The translations under genes were made by a program, and so were the position numbers. From assembly GCA_000934665.2 (NCBI GenBank), contig KZ538448.1, forward strand, positions 1-64,000: a DNA stretch of 64,000 nucleotides. Reading direction: 5' to 3'. The notes under the pieces were generated by a model. The model was not told where the DNA came from and did no database searches. It was given only the letters and a program-made list of their open reading frames with translations. This document shows, piece after piece, positions 23,464 through 35,700 of this stretch (position 1 is its first letter; each line of letters begins with the position of its first letter). Source of the DNA: Catajapyx aquilonaris (Eukaryota).

Positions 23464-25509
23464 TGTGTGTGCCGTGATGTCCTAAGGCAATCTGGGCGTA
23501 GCCTTCCTTTCCCCATGGTGTGCTGAGCAGGCTGTTTAGCCATTGCGGATGCCAGACTATCTCAGCCAAGAGCTGGGATTTGTAACTCTGCTTGTCCCGT
23601 TCAACAGCCCCTCGTTTGGGTGCTTTGGAGCAGCTAAATTATTTCTGAATTTCTACATAGTCGTTTCTGTGTGCATGCGTTAGAAAATATGTCCCCGAGG
23701 GGTCGGACCATTTGGCGACGCGGGGATTGTTCCCGTTCTTCACTTGATTAGTGTAAGAGATGTTGCAAGTCAGACTGCGTTATGGCTTCAAAGGTAAAGC
23801 CGCGCCTGGGACTTTATCCGCAGCGTTTGTCATAGTATCCTGTTATGATATTAGACATCCGGATAGACTTCCGTGCATGTTTTTTCCAAGTTGGCCAGTA
23901 CAATACCGGTTGGTGCTGAAAATAGAGCAGATGTAGACGAATTATTGTTATATTATTTTGTGATCGTGTAAGTCTGCTGATAATCTCAACCATATATATA
24001 GATGTGCGTGTAATTCCTGTGTGGTATTGCAGTAATAATTATCGGAGTTTGAGTTATGTTGCGGTATGGCATATCATTTTGTTGTACAGAAGTTGTATTC
24101 TGCGAGAACTTGGTCCTCGGTTTTTGCGTGCACGAATATGCATGGAACCCGGGAAATGCCAGAAATCTTTGGATTCCCTCTGTCTGAAAGCCTCTGGCTC
24201 CCCGGTCAAAGATACGTGACTATAACACGTCAGTTTGGGAAAACAGCTTCTGGGAAGTGTGGAAAGGCGAGTAAATGCCTTCGCAATTTACCGGAAACCG
24301 ATGTTCCGGACAAACCTATAGTCAAGTTACCTGCTCTCGTGATGGTCGCTCCACAAACGAACTAGCCGATATCGCCTCAAGCGCTAAGCCACAATCCTGG
24401 ATGCACTGTTAGGCTCATTCGGCACTCAATGTCCAATTTTAGACGACAAAAAATTAGGCATTCCATAGGCTTATGCACAAAAAAAAATTGTCAACGGGTT
24501 TGTGTACTAAATTCTGGATTCTGATCTGTTAAAATGTACCACATACTCTTACAATAACGCATTGCAATTGGTGCACAATTTAGTGTCTAATGTGCAGGTA
24601 TGCTATTCTAAGCCAGAATTGATAATAGTTATCTATGGTACTTTCTTGCGCTTGGTACACCTGCGGACGCTTCTATTTTGCAGACTTGTTGGATTACCCT
24701 ATACCACACTACAGTATACAGTATACAGTATACTCGTATAGCTGCATAGGCGGTAGGCTAAACATTCACATTCGCGTTTGAATAGAAGTCATACCTGGCG
24801 CTCATCACCTGTTAAATCACATCATTCATAGAGTTAGTTTGGCTCGGTTATGGGACTGCACGGTGTTTTACTTGCGTTTGAAACAAGAGTTATAGGACCA
24901 ATTCAGAGTGTCAGATTGTGCCAATAACGGCTATGTTGGTTTTGTAGCGATTAGTGACTTTGTCGATCAGTATGAGGTCTGGTTAATGATTTCTAACTGG
25001 CGAAGAGACCTTTCTGTCTCGTGGTAAATTTTGTGCATTGTTTATATACATGGCATTGTACAGTGGGGTAAGCTCACCGTGCCAGGTAGCCAGGCCGTAG
25101 CAAAGGATCATAATGGGTGTGGCTCACCGAGGAGGACCTGTCAACAATCGTTTCATATTAGCGCGTTAACCTGATATAGTGTACCACCCTGAAGATGATC
25201 ACTGCGGTGTCTGAGAGACTAGACTAACCCAGCAACATTTATGCATCGGCGATGTGATATTGTTACGGTCCCGAGTGTAAACTTAGAGTGTGTTGAGTCA
25301 GCACCTTAGGTCGCTCCATCATGTAAGACCTACGTCAGATATAGACAGAATTCCAGCACCGAAAGCTTGTCACAAGAGCAAAGTACTAAATAATATAATT
25401 GATGATGCAATAATGTCACTTTTTGACAATTTCAGTATGTGTCCGTAAGAACACCGATTGTTGAAGCAGGACAATTCAATAGCCTGGAGTCCGTTGTTGT
25501 TGGATAGTT

Positions 25510-25749
25510 TATTATTATTATTATTACCCCGTGCCACCCCTTGCGGGGTCTTTGGGGGAATCCTACTCCCTATATACAAATAACATTGTCATCAATATTA
25601 CCGTACACAACAAGCCATAACCAAAATACATGAAATATATTATCCAATAATCAATTTTGACATAATTCTTGTATACGGAGGGCCGTTTAAAAAAAAGAAA
25701 GGCTCCTTTGTTATATTTGCGAAGGACCATAGCAAGCGATCTGGAGGGA
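25510..25749 (-). mobile_element. 5'-truncated retroposon (LINE 3' end) with a (TAA)n tail
   Basis: 13-bp TSD TTGTTGGATAGTT (25497-25509, 25750-25762). The minus strand ends GGCACGGGGTAA(TAA)n. No tRNA head. Confidence 0.75.
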
Positions 25750-25961
25750 TTGTTGGATAGTTAAAAGTAGTGCAAGTACATTATGTGAGTTTTACAGTAC
25801 AGTATAAGGCAGAAGGATACCTGATTAGACCTCAAGCTAAACTGATCGTTAGGAATTTCCGTATGAGATAGTCCCGCGGGAGGTTTACCTATACACTGAA
25901 GTAATATTGCATATTGTAACAGTAATATTAATCGTTCAGACAATAAGCTTCTTTTAAAAAA

Positions 25962-26272
25962 GGAGATGGTGTGGCGCTGATACGTGCCCTTGGATGGAAG
26001 GGTCCCTGGTTCGATCCCAGTCCCACGATTTTTCCCCTCTTCATTTTCTGCGGAGTTGGGTCTTGTCAGGATTCGTCGCGTGAGAAATGCAGCTAGGCTA
26101 CCCACCTGGGAGAAGTAGCAAAATGAAGTCATTGCATTTGCTCCTGCATATCAGCTCACCGGGTAACCTTCCCTAGCTCATGGAAGCCGGGCGTCGAAAA
26201 CATATGCCTTAAAAAAGCAAATAAAGGCTCCGTGCCAAAATGCACCACTCCGGGCGATCCACTACCCAATTA
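25962..26272 (+). mobile_element. Diverged tRNA-derived SINE (same family as 40474-40835)
   Basis: Head GGAGATGGTGTGGCGC, B box GGTTCGATCCC, and a tail AAATAAAGGCTCCGTGCC...CACTACCC that matches the 40474 copy. Confidence 0.75.
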
Positions 26273-29149
26273 TTTTAAAAAGAAGTAAGCAAACACGAGG
26301 AATGTTGCGTAGAACTCCACGAGCATCTAATTACTTGCCGGTGATCTATGATGTTGTGATACCTTTAGGATAAACGAAGTACTTAATTTTTCTGACATTA
26401 GTTTTTCATATCATTATTAAACATAGATGGAACCAAGCTAATGCCATACACAAGAGGAAAGGGACGTAAAGATTAATGGTACTCGATAATATTACCATGA
26501 TTTAGGTCAAGAGAGCGCATGAGTTGAATTCATTGACTATGTACAGTATTCATGTTTGGGATCTGGTATGGTAAAAGATTGTGTCACATGCTTTGAATTT
26601 CAGCGTAACTCTTCGCAGTTTGCTTATTACAAAATACAAACCGTAGCATTGTAACGTTGGACCTATTTATATGCTCCTACTTGGCATGCACTTCTGGATT
26701 TTATTCTTAACCCTTTACATATGTACTATCCTGTACGCAAATGAACTTACTAAGATAAGCTCGGCCCGTTTCAAACGAGTGAAAGCACAATCAATAAATA
26801 TGCGAGTGATATACACCTTACCACCAAGGGCATACTGTAGGATAATAGTCTATAACGTAATCGTTTCGTTTTCAGCATGGAGGTCTCGTTACGGTGACCA
26901 GAATGATGCACTGTGACACGCAGTTACGTTGCAGCAGTTCTGGCTTGTTATTAATTTAATAGTGCGGTGTCAATTTATTAGTGCCTTGGTAAGGGTTACG
27001 TCTTAGGCGTGCTACAGGCGGGCGTACTTGGCCGTAGAGTTTTGCGCAGTTTATGTAAAATTGAGGTCAGGTTACACGATACACTTCAGTGATAATCAGA
27101 AACAAAAATAGTTACCAGCAGTGTAATGTACGATAAAATGGTGAAAAATGAGAAAATAGCAGTTGGTCAATGTGCTGTAGGATATGACCGATAGGGTGCT
27201 AAAATATGAAATTCTGAGTACTGTGTATGATAATTTAATTAAGATGTTCGTAATGATCACAGGAACTGGTTAACGCCAATCAGCGCAAGATAACGTTTTC
27301 TGATATATGATTTGTCTGATATCCGCATGCACAAAGTCAGATCACAACCAATTAAACAGTTATATTTTCATAAATTGGTGCATACTATATGTGTGCTATG
27401 CAATGCTGTGTAATATGTACACATTGAAAACGCCAGGGCACTAAATCTGTAGCTGGAAGAATTTAATGAGAACTGACTGCAATTATATACTCATTGAATA
27501 GCCCAATAGCAATTTTGATGCGGCTTTTTTTTTGTCATCCACAGTTTTTTGTCACTTTAAAATTAGGCCGTCTGTGTCATGTTTTTATATTCATTTTTTG
27601 TGGGATAGCCGGAGTGGAGGGTGGTGCTGGGATAAAACACTACTGTCTTCTAAAAAAAACCTCTTAATAAATTCCGTGAAGCTTTTTATGATAACCTTCC
27701 TGGAAAATTTTAAAAGTCTTGGACCTTGTTTTGAACGCTATAATCATTTGGTAGTCTTAGCGATTCCTGGTATGATACCAATTTTGCACATAACATACCA
27801 GCATATGATATAGACACTGGCATCCTTGGGACTGTCCTCCTAAGATAGGGCCGGTTGTCAACTTAAATTAAGGACAAAATATCGGATTATATATAAGATA
27901 TTGTGAATTCCTATACATAATCTGAAATTTTCAATAATGTTTTCATACAACGGAATGATGATCCTGTGAGAACCTTTGGACTCGGAACCTCTGTAACTTG
28001 TCTGTAACTTTCCGCCTCGCCTGTAGTGTTACTTGATATTATCGGTGTAGGAGACTTTTCAATGTGAAAAGGATTTGAATGCCACTTCCTCAAGTTTGAG
28101 ATTTTTTTTTCTTCTTCTCCAGAATTGGAGGGAAAAGCAGGGTAGAGAGGGAAACTATATGAGGGTTTTGCCTTCAGGAGCTGAAAATGCTAATGTCGGC
28201 TGTGGCACAGTGTTATTGATTTTGAAACAAATTACATTTCCGCTTGTGTTTCAAACTTGCGTGAAGTATTAATAACAACATTATACTTCACTTTTAATAC
28301 TTTGCAGCTGATACTGTATGGTAATGTGGTGACTGTAAGAGACTCCATTGAAAAGGACGCTATGGGGCAAAACTTGGGGGATTAAATATATCCGACACAT
28401 GAATGGGTGAAACAAAGTAATTTGATGACGCATATTTTAGTGGTTGCCCGGATTATTTGGCGGGCTATAGACAGATGCAGTATTTTAAAATTCAATGGTG
28501 CTAAATTTAATATTGCGCCAAAATTAAACGCACGCGTGGTTTTTATTATATGGCCGGTGGGCAGTTTTGTGGTTTTTCTATAATTCATATACACAAAAGT
28601 GAATTTATTTATATATCACACACATCGAGAATGATCGATAACTGAATTATGATGTGCAAGCGCGTCAGGTCAACGGTCTGGTGGTTGTTATTAATACGTA
28701 TTGACGTTTGTGTGACCATGATTTTACAATCTGGCCGATGTGTTGAATATCAAATGTTATACTGTAGTCTACGGATAAAAGGTAACAGTATCTGAAACTT
28801 TTGAATCTTTTTTTTTTTTACCTTGTACCGGTAGTTTTGTCGACCCCAATGGGTTCATTCAATTTATTATGCAGTATTACCTGAAGCGCGAGTGGTGGGC
28901 GCGACCCTGATTCCACTAATTAGGTCCCATCTCAGATTCTGAGAGCTGTACTGTGGTTTGTTTATCCTTTTCCAGATACGAACGAAATTGTCATACCATT
29001 CACTTCTAGCAAATAATGTTACGTGAGTGAAGGACCCTTAGTTAGAGAGCTTCTCAATACTGTACTAAGCGCTTATTTTCTCTTTAGCTTTTAAATCCCC
29101 AGCTTAAATAAACCATATACGAGATATAACGTAGGTCTAGTATAGTGTC

Positions 29150-30384
29150 CTTTTAAAACGATATACAAACGGAAATGTGTTGCATTCAAAATGGCATCCA
29201 AGGATTTAAGCATTTAACTGATGTTTTTCAATATTCAGTACACAGCTGATAGTTTTTAATATCAAGAGTGATATCTTTACTAGTGATTTGTGTAAAATAT
29301 GCACGGGCAAAAATCGATGTTTAAAAAGCAATTATGTGGGATTTTGTGGGCGTTGTTGTCATGTAAATGAGAGGTTCGTATCGGGAGACTCCGCACTTTT
29401 ACAGTCTACTGTCCTGGGTGTGTATCTCTTGAAGGATCGGCGTGAATCCTCCGGGAAGGAAGGTTAGGTCATGGGGTAGGTTAGTGCAGCGTGCCCCTAC
29501 CTCTGCCACATTCGATCTCCAATTACGGAAGTCCTTCCGAAAATGAGATCAAAACAGCGCTCTTATGAACTTTCATAAAATCGTTGAACATCAGCATATT
29601 TCGCCCTTCCAGATTCTTCGAAAATCCATAGTGACGCTATCACTCCTGAAATTAAGTGCCATTAGACGTATGATTGTGAAAAAAAAATCTCAAAATTCAA
29701 AATTTTGATGTCATTTTGAATGCAGCGATTTTTGCTTTTTAGGAAGCTGAATTTGTCCATATAAGTAAGGGACTTCCAAAAATTCTCATGGCACTTAGGA
29801 TTTGAGCTTGTTTTGTGGGAGTTATGGAAGGAAGACGGGTCGACGGATTACCATATTTTAATGGCAACAGCGCCTCGAAAATATCATAAAACCGCACCTC
29901 GGTCCTCCAGATTTTACGGAAATCTCAAGTAAACTTTACATTCTTCATTTTAAGAGCACTTCAAAGCACATCGTAGGTGTGTATTTTTCAAAATTATTTG
30001 AAGAAAACATTTTGGGGCCATTTTGATTTTGATTTTTTTTAAAACTTTAATAAACGCGAGTATAGATCGAATAAACACATTTTGGATTTTCTTTGAGGCC
30101 TTCACCTAAAGTCTAAGCTGCAAAAAACACACTCGAATGTGCGTGGCTGCTGCACTCTGTAGTTCCGCAGGAGCAAAGAAACTTCTGTAATTGTGCACAT
30201 AAATGACTACTAAAAATGGCCCTAACATATAGTCAGAATCGGACATGGCCATGGCAAAGGCAAAAGGTTGACATGAAAAGCCTCATGTATAAAAATAACA
30301 AGCTTTGAGATCCAAAAACCAATCTCCACATGATAATTGAACACTCTTATATTCGCATCCGACAAACTTTTTCGGTCGACCTTA
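29150..30384. mobile_element. Degenerate DNA-transposon debris with internal inverted repeats
   Basis: GCATTCAAAATGGCATC (~29182) mirrors GATGTCATTTTGAATGC (~29707), and there is a TIR-like end CGGTCGACCTTATA. Boundaries are uncertain. Confidence 0.3.
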
Positions 30385-32206
30385 TAGCAGAGAAATATAG
30401 TGTTTTAATTTAAACTCATCTAAAAATGCATTCAGCTGGCTTAGAGGTTAATTACGCGTGTAATTTTTCATATGCTTGACCTCCACTCGATTTATCACAA
30501 GCAAAAACGTCATCATAAGGAGACTGTTAGTCGGAGTCCAGTATAACCAGAGTATAACAGTATTCGGCAGTCTTTATCAACCACATGACTGCTCATAATT
30601 TACGTGTATGTGCGCATGACTGTCAACAGGCGGTAAGCAATGATTTTATGTAAAAAAAAAAACGAAGGGCAATGTATGTTATGCGTATAAGGAAGTAGCT
30701 GGGTAGAAGAGAGTAGGAGGCATACCGGATCATCCGAGGGCTCGTCACAAGTGTTGTTTGTATATTATGACGCCGACCTTAAACAAAATAACATTATAAA
30801 CATGTAGAATGGTTCCTTCGAATCATTAGAGTCTGATCTGATCTGTGTATTATATGTAATGAAACCAGTCAGAAAATGTCACGTGTCAGTTGTGAGAACA
30901 CTTTGCATATGCTGTGTGTGTGTATCGTACTAAAATAATGTTGGCAAACATGATCCTATGGCTTAAAAGGGGGCGCATGGTTTTGGAAGTAGGTTTCGAT
31001 ATGAATAGGTTATTTCTAAAACCTTCCGAAATCATTCTTGCCGTAACTTTCCGGACAAGCAATAATCATAAATTCTGTATCCTGTCTTCTGACATGTATC
31101 CTGAAATTTTCAGAATTCTTTTGTTAAATTTCTACAGGCCACTTGTGTAGACCTGAGCAAAAAGTAGGCGCAGGAGGGTTTGTCAATAGAAAAAATGAGG
31201 GCCAGACATGGTGGCACTTACCCACGTAACCAGACCTATTTTAAGATCTGTGCTGTCAGAGGGCAGAGCTATTTAAAAATCGACATGCGGTAGAATTTAG
31301 CGAAATAGTCCTACCCCTCTTTATATTGTGTGATCAGCCTTCCCCCCCCCCCTCCCCCCGACTGCATGCGAAATTTCTGATTTACTGCATGAATGTATTT
31401 CGCCAATTTGGAGCTTTTTATCCAGAAATAAATCGATCACACGAAATTGCTTGCCGCTGAAGGGGTCCAATCCAGCCAACATTGTTATTGCCAATTTAAG
31501 TTAACTGTAGCAGGCTTTTGCATGTATAAAAAAAGAGAGTATTGATTAGCCTAATGTTAGCGATAGCATCACTTTCACCGCAGGACTGTACGCTGCATAC
31601 GTGGGTGCATTGTGTGCGGGTGCTCATACCGCAGGTTGGGAAACCACCGGCTGTACCTTGCATACACTACAGCATATGCTACGTATCTACATTTCCGGAA
31701 GGAAACATGAGATGCGTCAGGTTGACGAAACTAGGGCTGAGTGTTATTTTATTAATTAATATATTTAATTACTGATACAAATCACCGATCTAATTGCATG
31801 ATGTTACTGTATGACTTTCAAACGGTATCATACCAATTTGCCCGATGCCCATGCACCTGCAATGGTCACCGTTCATGGATGCCCCTTCGTCCTATCTTAT
31901 TACAAGCTGCTATTTTTAAGTTATTGATATAGAACCGATAACTGAAACGTAATGTACGGAAAATGTGCACGGAGGGCGAGTTTGGAGTTGTCGTCGGGAT
32001 AAATGCATCGGGCGAACACTGTTACTGAACCCTTTCAAACATGCTCACAATTCTGGGGAGTTTCCAAATTTGGGGATCCTCTTCGTACAAGGTCCACTCA
32101 GAAAGTGAGCCAGTCAACCGTATACTCAGATATGGTTACGAATAAGTCCTTGTAAAAATTTGGACAAGCTGCATTTATGTTATATTTGCTTCACATCCGA
32201 ATGGTA

Positions 32207-32780
32207 CAGTGTTGGACATTAATTGCGTCATACTGCTAGCGACATTTTCTGAAGCGGCAGACATGCAAATTAAATAGATAGAGTGCGAACCGTGCGAATC
32301 AGAAGAGGTAGGCCTTGGGTGACGTCACCGGGTGTGTGTGTGATCAGGTCTTGACTAAGGTCTGGGGACGGAAGTCTGTGGTTTTACTGTAGCTGTGGGG
32401 ACCAGTTCCAATTGTGGGGACATTTGTCGGTCCCCACAGTCTCACACACGCGAAGTGTACCATTACAGTGGGGACATGTGTAAATTAGTGGGGACATGTC
32501 CCCACTATTTTCATTTGTAGGTTNNNNNNNNNNNNNNNNNNNNNNNNNNNNNNNNNNNNNNNNNNNNNNNNNNNNNNNNNNNNNNNNNNNNNNNNNNNNN
32601 NNNNNNNNNNNNNNNNNNNNNNNNNGGGGTAATGGAAAAAAAGGCTTGTCCCCAGCCGGTGACGTCACCCAAGGCCTACCATTTCATTCTCGTACGGCTC
32701 GCACTGTATCACTTCGATTTGCACGTCTGCCGCATCGGGAAATGTCGCTAGTAGTATGACGCGATTAATGTCCAACACTG
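32207..32780. mobile_element. Tc1/mariner-type palindromic MITE, copy 2, with a central insertion and the assembly gap
   Basis: TA|CAGTGTTGGACATTAAT...ATTAATGTCCAACACTG|TA. The centre is interrupted by a GTGGGGAC-repeat element. Confidence 0.88.
32524..32625. other. Assembly gap
   Basis: A run of ~102 N. Confidence 0.99.
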
Positions 32781-35700
32781 TAGGAGAGCCCGGAATTTTG
32801 CGAGGGGGTCCATTTGGGAATATCTTCAGGCACTCCTAGCACTCGTATGTGAACTAAATTAGGTCCACTGGTAGATGAGACTTGTACGGATTTTCTACAT
32901 ATTTTTATCCGAACTAATTTGTAACCATGTTTGCGTGAGGGTAACTGGCTTACTTTCTTCTGAGTAGACCTTGCGGGCATCTAGGAGAAAGCAATTTTTG
33001 TCAGAAGGTCATATTGCAATTTTTTATATCGATCTTCTGGTCGCATCATATTTTTGTGCGCGTATTCTGGGTTAATTTAGCAGGGGAAATGTGGAAAATT
33101 TTCAGTGCAGCAAAACTAATTTGACCTATTTTTTAACGATACGGTTAGCAGCATATTCGCGGTCGGGCCCACTGGCTAAATCCGTGAACCGGCCTTGGCC
33201 TGCGGGCCAGAGTGTTGCCTACTAATAACCAGATTAACAAGGCCCCACAAGTCGTTGCAGTGTTTTTAATTGATACAGTTTGCTTACCTTTTTACACCAT
33301 ATGAAAATAATTTTTTAATACAAAAATGACTTCGGTAAACGTATGACGAAATCAGACCTGCATGTGAGCGCATGTGCATAATAACACGTGGTTGTGTTTT
33401 TTGTTGTTGTTGTTTTCGTTAGCCTTTTGGTTTCTTTCTGACACTCCTTAATTATTGTAGCATGCTGTAATATTTTTCCATTTTGTTGCGCATACTTTTT
33501 ACAAGTTAACAACCATGCATGCGTGTGGCCCTTTGGAATATGGTACATTGTTTAGGCGGCAGGAAACACAAAAATACAACTTATTATTCTCCTTGTCATT
33601 TAAAAACAAATTGTTCGTAAGCTGGAAAAGACAACTGCATGGAATTCACGTGGAATGAATAACTAGTAGCTGCTACACAATTCACACATCAGTGCGAATG
33701 AAACATTCGTTACTGATACACCTGGTCCTTTTGACCCAGCCCCCATATGTGACATACCACATTACATGAGGAAATTTTGGTTTGTTTTTTCTTCGGGGGA
33801 AGTGTGGTAGAGGTGCAGAGTTTGTCGTGTCTTGTGATAGGAACGGACACATTTGATTTTTGGTCACTTTTGTGGTGTCACCAGTCTGGAGACTGGAGAA
33901 TGTAGTCTAGTGTATAGGTAGGCGGACGGCATTTCCAGTTTATAGCAGCTTACCAAAGTGGCTCATATGTGAACGTCTGATAGCTTGATCGTGACTGCCA
34001 CTTGCCCATGTCTACCCTAATGAGGGTGAACAAGTGCTGGAATATATAGTGTTATTAGTTATTACCGAGAAGGGGAGAGGGGCAAATTTTTAAAAGTTAT
34101 ACATTCCCATTGGGTCGTTGCTTACATATGAAGTGTTGAACTGAGATAAAGAAAAAAACAACTATTAGGATAGCACTTTGGACCAAATTGAGTTATTGGT
34201 GATGGCCAGGGATACTTGATCCGGATGCTTCCCAACCCTGTCACGTACAGAGAGAAAGAAATCTCAAAGGTCGAAATGCTCTTGTACTTATTGTTAGCTC
34301 CATACCTCCAAACTTTTAAGAAAATCGCTCAACTACTCTTGGCTGCTTCTTCAACTTCGGTAGGCTACTGCTTGCTGATGGAAAACTATGGTGTACCTTT
34401 AAATAGAAGTCTCTTGGCTCCGCGACAAGAAATACACATGTAACCTGGTTATGCGCCTGCGCGTTCTTGATTCTGCTGTTTATAGGAATGAGCGCACGCG
34501 CAGACGGACTTGAGGAGTGGAGTCAGGTTTCAGACTTTCATTATATGTTATTACTTTATTAGTATCAATGCAACATCCGGTTATTACAAAACAGCTATAA
34601 CAGGTGACAAAGAACTAGGAAACAACCTCAATTCGGACACTGATAAGGATATCTAAACTGTGCTGATATTACGATACAGGCAGCAACAACAAGTGACCAC
34701 AGCTCTGGGGAAAACAGAAAATAGCTACATCAATCGCATTGAAACCTTTTCCATCCCCATCAGTTGTATACCATCGATGTTCTGTCTATTCCCTACAACT
34801 TCCGATCCTCGACAGTAACACTTGTGTGTTTTTCACCTGAATTTCCATAACATCGTCAAGTTACCGCTCTCTTTCTCTCTCACCCTCCGACATCGATTCC
34901 AGTTCAACCACGGTATATGGAATCAACCTGCAGGAATGATTGGGTTAGATGCCAGAATCGATCGCGATGTTGTTGTTCCCCCCCNGCGCACTCTAGTCGA
35001 TCACATTACATACGTAGAGAAAACCACCCGGGGGACAGTGCATTGCTCTATAACACAATTCTTCATCCCGAACCGGATTCTGTCCTGCATTTGTTTCGTT
35101 GTGAATACCCGGCAAAAATAAGCCTGGCTTCCATGTCAGCTCTACCATTTTCCCCACCCCACCACCACATTTAGTCATGGTTTCAGGCAACAGCAGTTCC
35201 CCTAGCCAACTGCTTCCTTACGACGTTATTAATTAAGTAGCTGAACCCCTGTGTACGGAGACAATAATTAGACCAGGTTGTCTGACACTGCTGGATGGTC
35301 TATTTCTAGCCCCTACCCCTAGCACATTCAACCTTGCTTTATTGTTGCTTGTGACTCGCTGGCAGTTTGCGTGTAATCATTCTGACCGAGTATATAGAAC
35401 TGGCGCATGGGGTTTTCAAGAAGACGGTTTTGTATTCATCAGCATGCCGCTTCTCATTCCCGCCCCAAACTACCCCTGCCTCCAATACTAATATTGGGCC
35501 CAATGCCGTTTCCATGGCGATCAGATCTCTGTTTCTGCCTTTTTTAACTATGTGAAAAAGATGTGGATGATGATAACCGCTTTTCATGGAATGTATCATG
35601 TTTTCGGTAAGGGAGAGGGGAAAAAACTAGTAATTTGCTATCAGGACGATATGTTATTTACAGTGGATGGTTGGGGGGTCAAAATCCTAGAACGTGTGCA

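Noticed and set aside
34546..35287. Possible solo LTR (TG...CA with a minus-strand AATAAA)
   Set aside because: No TSD and no second copy in the window.
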